A DNA stretch of 64,000 nucleotides. It comes from Abditibacteriaceae bacterium. Lineage in GTDB: Bacteria > Armatimonadota > Abditibacteriia > Abditibacteriales > Abditibacteriaceae. Position 1 is the stretch's first letter. The number at the start of each line of letters is the position of its first letter. The stretch is taken from NCBI GenBank assembly GCA_965277285.1, contig OZ255721.1, forward strand, positions 3,008,001-3,072,000, read 5' to 3'. Positions 9,481 to 19,207 of the stretch are shown piece after piece. The translations under genes and the position numbers were made by a program. A model generated the notes under the pieces. The model was given only the letters and a program-made list of their open reading frames with translations. It was not told the DNA's origin and did no database searches.

Positions 9481-9823
9481 TGCTTCCTCCCCAATGTCTG
9501 TAAAAAATTAAGGTGCGAAATGAGGTGCGAATATCCGATGGCCAAGCATCCGCTGGTATCGGTTTCGCAAAAACGTCTTTTACATGAATGCTTCTACAGA
9601 AATGCTTCTATATGAACGCTTCGGAACCGCAGGCCGAAACGCGATAAAGCGTGATTGAAATTGACTTCGCTGAGATGATGTTGCTTGTCGGAGATTTTAT
9701 GTCGTGCGCCGCGCCTTGTCAATCACTTTGAACGTCTTATTTACAGAACGCGAATTCTTAAATTAAACTTTTTGCAACTCCAAACGTTCAGTGCAAGTTT
9801 CAGCCCAACGTTTTACATCGATA

Positions 9824-9873
9824 TTTAACACCAATGTTTAACCCAATGCTTTAACCCAATGCTTTAACCCAAT
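9824..9873. repeat. ~13-bp tandem repeat (TTTAACCCAATGC) at the rsmE stop
   Basis: About four imperfect units read directly. Confidence 0.8.
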
Positions 9874-10676
9874 TCGCCGGCTTCCCAGCTCAAAACCGAG
9901 ACCGCCACCAAAGCCGCCGTTTCCGTGCGCAAAATCGAGCGTCCCAAACCGACACTTTCCACGCCGTAACGATCAGCCCATTCGCGCTCGCGCTCTGTCC
10001 AGCCGCCTTCCGGCCCCACCAAAAGCATCACGCGACGCGGCGTTTCTTCTTCCCTTTCGCCGTTTCGAGTACTCGATTCACCACTTTCAAGCAAAGGCTC
10101 GCGCTGCAAGGCTTGTCGCAAAGTTTCGCTGCCGCCGCGCTCGTCCAGCATGAAACACCGCGAATTGCTGGTGCCGTAATCAACCGCAGTGGCGAATTCG
10201 CACGGCGCGTGAACAATTGGAAGATCGGCGCGACCGCATTGCGCGCACGCGTTCTGCACGATTTTACGCCAACGTTCGCTGCGCGCATCGACGCGCAATT
10301 CGTCATCAAAGGTCGGAACGCTGCGCGCAGCTAAAAGCGGCCAGAACTCTCGAACGCCCAGTTCGGTGCCTTTTTGCAAGACGAACTCCATCTTTTCACC
10401 TTTAGGAACCGCCTGCGCGACAGAAATGTGCAAGCGCTGCGCGCGTTCTTCGGTCACTTCGTTCAAAATCGCGGCGCGCACACTTTTGCCGGTTTCGTTA
10501 ACGTGGGTCAGAACGCATTCCCATTGACCGCCCAAACCATCGAAAGCGACAAAGATTTCGCCCGAAGTCAGGCGCAAAACGCGCGTCAATTTTTTCGCTG
10601 TGTCAACGTCGAGATCGAACTCTTCGCCGCGAAGTCCAGGTTCGAGAAGGGCAGAGGAAAGGTAAACGCGAGGCAT
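9864..10676 (-). CDS. rsmE: 16S rRNA m3U1498 methyltransferase
   Basis: MPRVY start, KMEFVLQKGTELGV, LLVGPEGGW, LGRSILRTETA; downstream of prmA. Confidence 0.92.
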   Translation of the reverse strand: MPRVYLSSALLEPGLRGEEFDLDVDTAKKLTRVLRLTSGEIFVAFDGLGGQWECVLTHVNETGKSVRAAILNEVTEERAQRLHISVAQAVPKGEKMEFVLQKGTELGVREFWPLLAARSVPTFDDELRVDARSERWRKIVQNACAQCGRADLPIVHAPCEFATAVDYGTSNSRCFMLDERGGSETLRQALQREPLLESGESSTRNGEREEETPRRVMLLVGPEGGWTEREREWADRYGVESVGLGRSILRTETAALVAVSVLSWEAGELG

Positions 10677-10716
10677 AAACGCAGTGTACAATTGAATTGA
10701 GTACTCGATTGCTGAA

Positions 10717-10997
10717 TTAGTAACGAAACCACGCCTCGTCGCCTTCAACGTTGAGCAAAACTCAGTGATGACTTGTCCGGTATCGGTATCTTTCAGGCGC
10801 AAACCCAGTGCGTCTATTTTGTCATCGAGAATTTCGTCGTAGCCATTTTGCGCTTGTTCGTCAAACAACGGTTTGACATCCGCGAAAGCTGCTGTCGGCT
10901 CGAAGCGACAACAAAACCAAGGCTGATCGGTTTCATACCAACGCAAGGTCGCCAGAATTGTTTCGCCTTGCAGCAACTGGAAACTCTCAAAGGCCAT
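10717..10997 (-). pseudogene. Small hypothetical gene with an apparent 1-nt deletion near 10757-10760
   Basis: Adding one T to the T-run restores ...VITEFLLNVEGDEAWFRY* (stop 10717-10719); as written the ORF reads through into rsmE. Confidence 0.6.
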
Positions 10998-11000
10998 GAT

Positions 11001-11981
11001 TCAACTTTTTCCAAACACAAACGCGGTCCATTGTTCGATGTAATCGCCGCGCGCTTCGCCGTCTTCTTCGCGTTTGTGTTGCGTTTGGAAACCAACCTGG
11101 TGCATCGTGTTTTCGACTTCATCAGCGCGCGGGCTGGAAATGCCGGAAACGATCAACGTTCCATTATCGAGTACTCGATTGAATAATTGTGGCGCTAATA
11201 AAATCAATAAATCGCTCATCAGGTTGGCGACGACGAGCGGGAATTGCTCGTTTGTCCAATCGGCGCCTGCCGCTTCGACGACCTTGATTTTGTCGGCGAC
11301 ATCATTCATTTGCGCGTTGTCGCGCGTGGCTTGCGTGCAGAAATGATCGAGATCGGAAGCGACGACTTGCGCGCCCAATTTCGCGCACGCGATGCTCAAA
11401 ATGCCGCTGCCGCAACCGACATCGAGAACTCTATCAAGGATGCGATTAGGCATCGGTTCGCCCTGAAATTGCTCTCCCAAAAGTTCAAGACACATCTTCG
11501 TCGTCGGATGTTGTCCGGTCCCAAACGCCAAACCCGGATCGAGGCGAATCACAATCGAGCTGTCTTCGACTTCTTCATGCGCTTCCCACGGCGGCGCAAT
11601 CAGAAACGCGCCAATGTGCAACGGCGGAAAATTTTCGCGCCACGAATTCGCCCAATCTTCTTCGTGCAATTTCTTGGTGGCAATTTGAGCATCGATTTGT
11701 CCGCGCGCGAAAGTGTCTTTCAGTTCGTTTTGCAAGGTTGCGGCGTCGTATTCTGGCGCGAAATAGGATGTAATAAGAGCCTTGTCGCGCGGTACGATCT
11801 GCGCGTCTTCGCTTTGGTCGAAAAGTATTTTTGTGTCTTCGGTTTGTACGCCTGCGCCACCGGCGTCCAGCAAAAGTTCGGCGACAACTTCAGCGTCTTC
11901 AAGCGCACACGTCACTTCGATTTGCGTCCAGGTTGTGGCGTTGGCGGTTGGATCTTCGGTCTTCGAGTACTCGATATTCAT
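11001..11981 (-). CDS. prmA: Ribosomal protein L11 methyltransferase
   Basis: EEDWANSWR, LDPGLAFGTGQHPTT, VLDVGCGSGILSI. Confidence 0.95.
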   Translation of the reverse strand: MNIEYSKTEDPTANATTWTQIEVTCALEDAEVVAELLLDAGGAGVQTEDTKILFDQSEDAQIVPRDKALITSYFAPEYDAATLQNELKDTFARGQIDAQIATKKLHEEDWANSWRENFPPLHIGAFLIAPPWEAHEEVEDSSIVIRLDPGLAFGTGQHPTTKMCLELLGEQFQGEPMPNRILDRVLDVGCGSGILSIACAKLGAQVVASDLDHFCTQATRDNAQMNDVADKIKVVEAAGADWTNEQFPLVVANLMSDLLILLAPQLFNRVLDNGTLIVSGISSPRADEVENTMHQVGFQTQHKREEDGEARGDYIEQWTAFVFGKS

Positions 11982-12013
11982 TGGTTGTTTAGGTAATAGC
12001 TCAATCGGTAAAA

Positions 12014-12301
12014 TCAGACAACGAACCCAAAGCGTAAGCGATGGGCTTAAGTAACCAATGGTGCGGGTCTACCTTGTGCCTGCGAGTAAACTCGCGGCTC
12101 GTCCCGTTTCACGCAACAAAGTTGACCTTCGCCGACTAAACACTTCCGGCTTGGAGTCGGCGCAGGCCGACTTTGTCCTCCGTAAGAGGCTGAGCCGCGA
12201 GTTCACTCGCAGGGCAACTGCAACCCGCACCACTGCTTAAGTAGCAATTATATTTGACTGCTACTTAAGCCCGTCGCTTACGCTGCGGGTTCGTTGTCTG
12301 A
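12014..12301. repeat. Nested REP-like cluster: family B outer IR (12014-12053 / 12262-12301) around a family C element (12079-12213)
   Basis: TCAGACAACGAACCCAAAGCGTAAGCGATGGGCTTAAGTA ... TACTTAAGCCCGTCGCTTACGCTGCGGGTTCGTTGTCTGA; inner CCTGCGAGTAAACTCGCGGCTC ... GAGCCGCGAGTTCACTCGCAGG. Confidence 0.85.
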
Positions 12302-12304
12302 CAA

Positions 12305-13798
12305 TTATTGTGGAGCAATCTTTTCAACTGTTGAAGGGTTAGCGTTTTCCTGGGCGCGTTCTTCGAGCACGTTTTGGATGATGTCGACGATTTGCGTATC
12401 GAATTGCGAACCGGCGCAGCGTCGTAATTCGACCAGAGCGTCTTCGGGCGAAACGGCGTTGCGATAAGGGCGCGGCGAAGTCATGGCGTCGTAGGCATCG
12501 ACCACGCTGATAATGCGCGCGGCGGGGTCGATTTCTTCACCGCGCAAGCCATCAGGATAACCACTGCCATCCATTTTTTCGTGGTGATGCATAATAATCG
12601 GCGCGATATTTTCCAGCGAACGCACGCGGCTGACTAAATCGTGGCCAATCATCGAATGGCGTTGAATGACTTGGAACTCTTCGGGCAACAAATGTCCGGG
12701 TTTAAGCAAAATGCCGTCGGGAATGCCGATTTTGCCGATGTCGTGCAGCAACGCGGCGTAACGAATCGTTTCCAGTTCGTCTTTGTTCCAGCCCAAGTGT
12801 TGCGCGATGCGCACGGCGATTTCCGCCACGCTTTCGCAATGACCACGCGTGTAAGGGTCTTTGACTTTGATGGCGTCCGCCAGCACCGCAATAGTTGCCA
12901 GAAAGCTTTCCGCCAGTTCGCTATGCAAGCGGTTATTTTCCAGCGCGATTCCGGCGTGATTGCCGATGGAAAGCAGCAGTTCGGTGTCTTCGTCGGTGAA
13001 GTCGCCACTGCGCTTGTTGGCGACCAGCAAAACGCCTTTCATATTGCCCTGAACCGCGACTGGCAACGCCGCCAAATTGACCAGATGCACGCCGTCGGGC
13101 AGGTTTTCGCTATCGTTGCGCACCAGCGGCGCTTCTGATTGTGCGACCTGATGCGTGAATCCATAAAGCGCCTTGCTGACGATTTCGGGCAAATTGTCCA
13201 GACCAATGTCGGCCAGCGTTTTATCGCCGCTGCTATCGACATAAAGCCCGACTTCGGCGTCCGTCAATTTGACGCCGATGCGCAAAATCAAGGATGGCAA
13301 ATCTTCCGCGCGCAAATCACGGTAAAGCTCCATCAGTTCCTGCTGAATCGCGTTTTTCTGCGCCGTTTGCGCTGTCACTTGCGCTTCGAGTACTTGATTG
13401 CGCTCGTGACCTTCTTCGCACTTTTTGCGACTTTGCTCACACTCAGCGCGGCTTTGTTCGCATTCGTGTCGGCTTTGCGTGCAGTCGTCGCGCCATTGGT
13501 CGCGCTCGCCCTGTAAATGCTCGTGCTCGGCAGACAATCCCGCATATTTGTCGTTCAGGTGTTGATGTTGAGAGTTCAGGTTTTGATGTTCGACGTTCAA
13601 CTGTTGATGTTCGGCGTGCAGTTGCGCGTGTTTCGCTTCCATTTTTGACAGAGCGGCCTGCGCTTGGTCGAGTTGGTTTTGCAGCGCGTTTTGCCAATCG
13701 AGTACTCGAACGCGCGCCTCTTCCAGAATGACGGCGGGATTATCGCCATCCATTGTGTATTTTGTGCTGACTCCGCCTTGAGAAATTTGCTCCGCCAT
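12305..13798 (-). CDS. Coiled-coil/GAF/HD-GYP phosphodiesterase
   Basis: KDPYTRGHCE, LLHDIGKIGIPD, HHEKMDGSGYPDGL; AGGAG before ATG 13798. Confidence 0.9.
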   Translation of the reverse strand: MAEQISQGGVSTKYTMDGDNPAVILEEARVRVLDWQNALQNQLDQAQAALSKMEAKHAQLHAEHQQLNVEHQNLNSQHQHLNDKYAGLSAEHEHLQGERDQWRDDCTQSRHECEQSRAECEQSRKKCEEGHERNQVLEAQVTAQTAQKNAIQQELMELYRDLRAEDLPSLILRIGVKLTDAEVGLYVDSSGDKTLADIGLDNLPEIVSKALYGFTHQVAQSEAPLVRNDSENLPDGVHLVNLAALPVAVQGNMKGVLLVANKRSGDFTDEDTELLLSIGNHAGIALENNRLHSELAESFLATIAVLADAIKVKDPYTRGHCESVAEIAVRIAQHLGWNKDELETIRYAALLHDIGKIGIPDGILLKPGHLLPEEFQVIQRHSMIGHDLVSRVRSLENIAPIIMHHHEKMDGSGYPDGLRGEEIDPAARIISVVDAYDAMTSPRPYRNAVSPEDALVELRRCAGSQFDTQIVDIIQNVLEERAQENANPSTVEKIAPQ

Positions 13799-13966
13799 CA
13801 CCGAACTCCTGAACAACTTTAAGATTCGCTTATGCGCATCGGCTTTCGTGCCACAAACTGGCCAAATAACGTTGTGTACCACACAAAACGGAAAAGGCCG
13901 CGCGACCTTTTCCGTTTTGCATTGTGAAAACTGGTTTTGAGTGATGCCAGTTTGATCGAACAAATG

Positions 13967-14003
13967 ATGGCAGCCGCTCCTTTCCTTCTGAGGCGGCTGC
14001 CAT
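13967..14003 (-). terminator. Hairpin downstream of sodA
   Basis: ATGGCAGCCGC...GCGGCTGCCAT. Confidence 0.55.
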
Positions 14004-14029
14004 AACAACGGTTCTTTAACCTCTTCGAT

Positions 14030-14641
14030 TTAACCGGCTTGCGCGAAACGCTTGTTCACTTCGTCCCAGTTGACGACGCTCCACCAGGCTTCGAGATATT
14101 TCGGGCGCAGGTTCTGATATTTCAGGTAATACGCGTGTTCCCACACATCGTTGCCCAAAATTGGGTAAACGCCTTCCATCAGCGGGTTGTCCTGATTTGG
14201 TGTGCTGGTGATTTGCAATTTGCCGTCGGTGCCTTTGGTCAGCCAGACCCAGCCGCTGCCGAAACGCTTGGCGCCCGCTTCGCCGAACTGCTTTTTTAGC
14301 GTTTCAAAATCGCCGAACGATTCTTTGATGGCGTCGGCAATCGCGCCGGTCGGTTCGCCGCCACCGTTTGGCCCCATGATTTCCCAGAACATCGAGTGGT
14401 TGACGTGACCGCCGCCATTGTTGCGCACGGCGGCGCGGATTTCTTCAGGCACGGCGTTCAAATCGCGGATCAGTTCTGCGGCGCTTTTGCTGGCCAGGTC
14501 GGGCGCTTTTTCCAGCGCGGCGTTGAGGTTGTTGACATAAGTCGCGTGATGTTTGTCGTGATGCAGGTGCATCGTTTCTTCGTCAATGGTGCTGCTGAGC
14601 GCATCGTAAGCGTAAGGCAAGGGCGGCAGTTCGTGAGCCAT
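14030..14641 (-). CDS. sodA: Mn/Fe superoxide dismutase
   Basis: [32 protein letters not shown]. Confidence 0.95.
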   Translation of the reverse strand: MAHELPPLPYAYDALSSTIDEETMHLHHDKHHATYVNNLNAALEKAPDLASKSAAELIRDLNAVPEEIRAAVRNNGGGHVNHSMFWEIMGPNGGGEPTGAIADAIKESFGDFETLKKQFGEAGAKRFGSGWVWLTKGTDGKLQITSTPNQDNPLMEGVYPILGNDVWEHAYYLKYQNLRPKYLEAWWSVVNWDEVNKRFAQAG

Positions 14642-14756
14642 AATCGTTTTCTCCTGAAGCTGTGAGGAATTGGGTGCGGCGGCGTTCTCTGCGCAAGTGT
14701 CGCGCCGCCATTTATACTATCGTAAATCTACCTGCGCCAGACGAATCGAGTACTCG

Positions 14757-14978
14757 ATGAACGATTTCACAAGCCGATTTTGTCTTCTCGTAGTTTTCGC
14801 CGTTGTCTGGCTCTTCGGTTATGAAGCCCTGCGAAGTCGCCGAGCGCGACGTTACAAAGGGCAAAGTTCACAAACATTTGTGATGGAAGTTGTTTATTTT
14901 GTGGGCTGGCTTTTCTTCATTCTTGCCGTTGTTGGTTCCGTTGCTGTCGATGTTGTAAAACGACTACATTATCATTGA
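14757..14978 (+). CDS. Small two-TM membrane protein
   Basis: MNDFTSRF...; two hydrophobic segments; ATG overlaps the last base of a 12-bp palindrome. Confidence 0.6.
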   Translation: MNDFTSRFCLLVVFAVVWLFGYEALRSRRARRYKGQSSQTFVMEVVYFVGWLFFILAVVGSVAVDVVKRLHYH

Positions 14979-15316
14979 ATGTCCCTCAAACGATTGTTTT
15001 CGATCAAACAGCGGAAGAGAAAGCTGCTGAGTTAAAGCAACTTCGTGAGTTTTGGGTATGGGCATCACCAAGAACTATTGAAGATAACATTGAGGAAATT
15101 GTGGCGGAGGAACACACGATTTCGCGCGATGAAGTTCACGACGATTTGGATTTCTGGAAAGACTTGGACGATTCACTCGATTTCGTCGAACTCATCATGC
15201 GCTGCGAAGAAGAGCTCTCGTTCGAGTTTCCCGACGAAAACGTTGCTGCGGAAAACATCAACACCGTCCGCGATTTGAAAAACTACATTTTGAGAAAACT
15301 CGGCAAAACAACGTAA
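14975..15316 (+). CDS. Acyl carrier protein-like
   Basis: DLDDSLDFVELIMRCEEE...FPDE...INTVRD (DSL phosphopantetheine motif); N-terminal extension. Confidence 0.75.
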   Translation: MNVPQTIVFDQTAEEKAAELKQLREFWVWASPRTIEDNIEEIVAEEHTISRDEVHDDLDFWKDLDDSLDFVELIMRCEEELSFEFPDENVAAENINTVRDLKNYILRKLGKTT

Positions 15317-15330
15317 ACGGAGAAACAGTA

Positions 15331-15834
15331 ATGACAAAGCAAAAGTTCAAACCGATGTTCTGGGTTTTGTGGGCAGTTCTCACAGTTGCGTTCGTCGTTA
15401 TGCTTCAAGGTTGGGTGGATCGTCTTTATCCATTTGAGAATTCGCTGATCTATGTTCTGCTCGTTGCGTTTCTTTACGCAGCATTGATCGCTACCAAAAT
15501 CGGTGAAAAGTTGAAGTGGGTCGAAAAGTATTACGATCCAAATCCGCAAGTTATTTATCGGTCTAAGCCAGGCGATGTCTTGTTTTTTTATTTTTGCGTA
15601 GTCGTTTTGTGTATTCTGCTCAACATCGTAATTGACAGTTTAGTGCATCGCATCCCCTTCTTTTATACCCACATAAGAAAAAATGAGGGTGGCACATTCC
15701 TTTTATACAGCTACATCTTATACAGCTACATCTTATCGTGGTTAATCGCTCGCAAAATTGCGCATAAAAAAGGTTGGCTTGTCGCGCAACCGATTGAAAC
15801 CAAAACCAAAACGAACACAAAGGAGCAATCCTGA
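15331..15834 (+). CDS. Hypothetical four-TM membrane protein (AT-rich)
   Basis: GGAG RBS; hydrophobic helices; internal 15-bp duplication (YSYIL x2). Confidence 0.7.
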   Translation: MTKQKFKPMFWVLWAVLTVAFVVMLQGWVDRLYPFENSLIYVLLVAFLYAALIATKIGEKLKWVEKYYDPNPQVIYRSKPGDVLFFYFCVVVLCILLNIVIDSLVHRIPFFYTHIRKNEGGTFLLYSYILYSYILSWLIARKIAHKKGWLVAQPIETKTKTNTKEQS

Positions 15835-15837
15835 ATT

Positions 15838-17097
15838 ATGCAGAAACGAAACTTTTTATTACCTTTGACGGGCGCGGTTGGCGTCGGAATTTTGATTGGC
15901 GCGTGCGCGCGGCAGTTGCCAACATCGAGTACTCAATCGGTGTTGCAGGGCAGCGCGCAGGCGCAAACCACGACACAAACGACGGCGCTGAACAACAATG
16001 TCAGTACGGGCAACACGATTGGCAACGCGGCGGAACTGGCGCGGCTTTCGGCGACGTTTGCGGGTTTGGCCAAGCAAGTCACGCCGGCTGTGGTCAACAT
16101 CAACACGCAGCAAGTGATTCCAGGTCGCGTGCTCGAAGACCCGTTTGGCGGCTTGTTCGGCGGCAACGGAACCGTGCGCGAACCGGACCGGCAAGCGCAA
16201 AGCCTGGGTTCGGGCGTCATTGTGGACGCGCGCGGCGTCATCGTCACCAACAATCACGTCATTAAAAACGCCAGCACGATCACCGTCACGTTGAACGACA
16301 GGCGACGTTTCGCGGCCAAATTGGTCGGCACCGATCCCGACACCGATGTGGCGGTCTTGCGCATTGATGTTCCAGGCGGCAATTTGCCGACGATTCCGTG
16401 GGCAGACAGCGACAAAGCGCAAGTCGGCGACATCGTTCTGGCCGTCGGCAGCCCTTTTGGACTTTCCGCCACGGTCACCCAGGGAATTATTTCCGCCAAA
16501 GATCGGCGCGACCTGGACTTGTCGCAGATCGAAGACTTTTTGCAAACCGACGCGGCGATCAATCCGGGCAACAGCGGCGGCGCTTTGATCGACATCAACG
16601 GCAATTTGGTCGGCATCAACACGGCGATTTTGTCGAAGAGCGGCGGCAATCAAGGCATTGGCCTGGCGATTCCGGCGAAATTGGCGCGCAACGTCAGCGG
16701 CCAGATTTTGGCGAACGGCAGCGTCACGCGCGGCTGGATTGGCATTGGCGCCGATGAAATCACGCCCGACCTGGCGCAGAAAATCAATTATACGGGCACC
16801 AGCGGCGTTCTCGTCACGGGCGTTTCGTCGCGCGGCCCGGCAGCCGGATTGCCGTGGGTGCGCGACGGCGCGAACGTAATTGTCAACGTCAATGGTACGC
16901 CGATTGATTCGCCCGGCCAATTGCGCAACATCATTACGGACGCGACGCCCGATTCTACGCTCAAGCTCGATGTCTGGCAAGGCGGTAAAATTAGCACGTT
17001 TTCGGTGCGTGTGGTGCGACAACCCGCGATGGCGATGGTGCCGCCAGCCGCCGATAATTCCGATAGCGGAGACAATGCAGATAACAGCGGCGGTTGA
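15838..17097 (+). CDS. HtrA/DegP-family serine protease with PDZ domain
   Basis: LGSGVIV, TNNHV, DVAVLRI, QTDAAINPGNSGG. Confidence 0.95.
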   Translation: MQKRNFLLPLTGAVGVGILIGACARQLPTSSTQSVLQGSAQAQTTTQTTALNNNVSTGNTIGNAAELARLSATFAGLAKQVTPAVVNINTQQVIPGRVLEDPFGGLFGGNGTVREPDRQAQSLGSGVIVDARGVIVTNNHVIKNASTITVTLNDRRRFAAKLVGTDPDTDVAVLRIDVPGGNLPTIPWADSDKAQVGDIVLAVGSPFGLSATVTQGIISAKDRRDLDLSQIEDFLQTDAAINPGNSGGALIDINGNLVGINTAILSKSGGNQGIGLAIPAKLARNVSGQILANGSVTRGWIGIGADEITPDLAQKINYTGTSGVLVTGVSSRGPAAGLPWVRDGANVIVNVNGTPIDSPGQLRNIITDATPDSTLKLDVWQGGKISTFSVRVVRQPAMAMVPPAADNSDSGDNADNSGG

Positions 17098-17101
17098 GGA
17101 C

Positions 17102-17282
17102 AATTAACCCAAGTTGCTACCAAGCCCTGCGAGTGAACGCGCGGCTCAACCGCCTGTGGCGGCAGCAACGGCCTGCGCCGACGCAACACGGTAAGCATTG
17201 TGGCGTCGGCGCAGGCCGATCCTTCCAAAGGGCCCCTGAGCCGCAGTTCACTCGCAGGGCTTGGTAGCAACTTGGGTTAATT
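17102..17282. repeat. Family C long inverted-repeat element
   Basis: ~46-bp arms AATTAACCCAAGTTGCTACCAAGCCCTGCGAGTGAAC...; inner GGCCTGCGCCGACG / CGTCGGCGCAGGCC. Confidence 0.9.
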
Positions 17283-17315
17283 ATTCTCTCGCCTCTTTTT
17301 CGTAACCATAGCGCC

Positions 17316-18323
17316 ATGTCTTCATTTCACGAACCGTCTTCTCCCGCCAAGTTCGACATCACTGTTTCGGTCGTTTCCTATAACACCGCCGAGTTGCTGC
17401 GCGTTTGCCTGAATGCGTTGCTGGCGCGGCAGCAAGAAGGCGAAGCGACGTTGCAAATCATCGTGGCCGATAATGGCTCGACCGACGGTAGCGTCGAAAT
17501 GATACGCAACGAGTACTCGAACAACGTCGCCGCCGAGAACCCAACTGTCGAATTGATAGAAACCGGCTCGAACCTGGGTTATGGTCGCGCCAATAATCGG
17601 GCTTTCAAGAATGCGCAGGGACGCTATTTTTGTGCTTTGAACTCCGATGCTGAAGTGCAGCCGGGCGCACTGAGCGCTCTCCGCAATTTCTTGGATTGTC
17701 ATCCCGCAGCGGGCGCCGCCGGGCCGCAGCTTTTGTGGCCCGACGGGAAGCCACAAGAGTCGTGGGGCGATGATCCACATTTGAGCGGCATCTTCTGGGA
17801 ACAAACTTTTCTGGGCGCTTTTCGCGGTGCGGTTCGCCGTCTGCTCTTTGGTCGTCTTCAAAAGCGCGGCGACAATTGCGTTCAATTGTTGGACGAGCCG
17901 CGCCAAGTCGACCAGATCAATGGCGCTTGTTTGTTTGCACGCCGCGAAGCATATGCGCAAGTCGGCGGATTTAATGAAATTTTCTTTATGTACGTCGAAG
18001 ATGTGGACATCAATATTCGGCTGCGTGCGGCGGGCTGGGACGTTTTCTTCGTCCCGCAAGCGCGCGTGAAACATCATCTGGGCGCTTCCAGCCGCGATTG
18101 GCGAGCGCGGGCACGCATGGTCGCGTCCTACAACAAAAGTCGCTACTTCTTTTTTGGCCGCGAGAATGCCAGGCGCGCCAACATCGTGAAGTTTTTCGTG
18201 GTGCTGGGTGCGCTCTTGCGCCTGCTGGGTTGGTCGTTTTTGGCTTTGTCACGTCCCGCCGCGCGCGAGAAAATCAAACTGTTCCGCGAAGTGCTGCGCC
18301 AAAGCTGGAAGATGAAGTTGTAA
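17316..18323 (+). CDS. Glycosyltransferase family 2
   Basis: VVSYN, ADNGSTDGS, NLGYGRANN, LNSD, FFMYVEDVD. Confidence 0.92.
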   Translation: MSSFHEPSSPAKFDITVSVVSYNTAELLRVCLNALLARQQEGEATLQIIVADNGSTDGSVEMIRNEYSNNVAAENPTVELIETGSNLGYGRANNRAFKNAQGRYFCALNSDAEVQPGALSALRNFLDCHPAAGAAGPQLLWPDGKPQESWGDDPHLSGIFWEQTFLGAFRGAVRRLLFGRLQKRGDNCVQLLDEPRQVDQINGACLFARREAYAQVGGFNEIFFMYVEDVDINIRLRAAGWDVFFVPQARVKHHLGASSRDWRARARMVASYNKSRYFFFGRENARRANIVKFFVVLGALLRLLGWSFLALSRPAAREKIKLFREVLRQSWKMKL

Positions 18324-18392
18324 CCGAGTTATGATCTAAAGCAGCCGTACATTCCTCTGGAGATGGCGGTTGAAATCGAGCACTCGATGGGT

Positions 18393-18935
18393 TCAGGCGG
18401 CGCTTTCCAATGTCGAAAGCGCCACTTTCGATTCGACTTTTTGCCGTGCGATTTCGTTTCGCGCACCGACAATCGCCCCATAAAAGGTGCCGATGACGAA
18501 GCCGCCGAGCATACCCAAAAACCAGGCTGAAGGATTAAAAAATGGTCTGATGTGCATTAGGGGCGCAAAAAGTAGGGTGTCAACGATGGCTGAAACAAAG
18601 CCAAGCACGATTCCAACGGTTGCCAGGAGCCACGACAAACGCAACGCTTTCGAGAAAACTTTTTGCGGCGAAGCGCTAAAACACGCAAAGAAACCCGCAA
18701 TCCCAAAGGCGACGACACCAGCCATAAGCCCACCTCTGATGAGAGCGCCTAAAACTGGATAAAGGTATTTGGCTTGATTGGAAATTCCATTCAAAGAAAA
18801 ATTGAAAAACAAGTAAGTGAGAGCAAAAATTGCAGCGCCAGTCACAACACCAACCAACGCCATACAAAGCGCGCCCGCCACGGCAAACCACAACACGCGC
18901 CCAACTGAACGCAATACGAGATTCGAGGTCATCAT
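18393..18935 (-). CDS. Hypothetical Gly-rich membrane protein
   Basis: Four hydrophobic segments; GGAG RBS. Confidence 0.7.
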   Translation of the reverse strand: MMTSNLVLRSVGRVLWFAVAGALCMALVGVVTGAAIFALTYLFFNFSLNGISNQAKYLYPVLGALIRGGLMAGVVAFGIAGFFACFSASPQKVFSKALRLSWLLATVGIVLGFVSAIVDTLLFAPLMHIRPFFNPSAWFLGMLGGFVIGTFYGAIVGARNEIARQKVESKVALSTLESAA

Positions 18936-19036
18936 GTCTCCAACTTGCGCCTGATGATGGCAAATCTCTCGTCAAGGCGAATATCGCACATCGAGTACTC
19001 GATACCTGAGTAATAGCTCAATTGAGTGAGTCAGTG

Positions 19037-19124
19037 GACAGAACCCCGAGCGTCAGCGACAGGTGAAACGTAACAAATGAATGAACTTTTACGCTTCACC
19101 GTGGCTGACGCTCGGGGTTCTGTC
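19037..19124. repeat. Family B hairpin repeat
   Basis: GACAGAACCCCGAGCGTCAGCGAC...GTGGCTGACGCTCGGGGTTCTGTC. Confidence 0.85.
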
Positions 19125-19207
19125 GTTGATAGGTTCAACCTGCCTCACCACCTGAGCTACTACCGAAACTTGTTTTCGATGGTGTTTTGATTGGCACGCA
19201 ACAAATA

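Noticed and set aside
9864..10997. Genuine 377-aa RsmE fusion protein
   Set aside because: Better explained by a 1-nt frameshift in a separate upstream gene; RsmE has its own plausible start at 10676.
13400..13700. Repeat element within the HD-GYP gene
   Set aside because: Imperfect heptad coiled-coil coding repeats, an ordinary protein feature.
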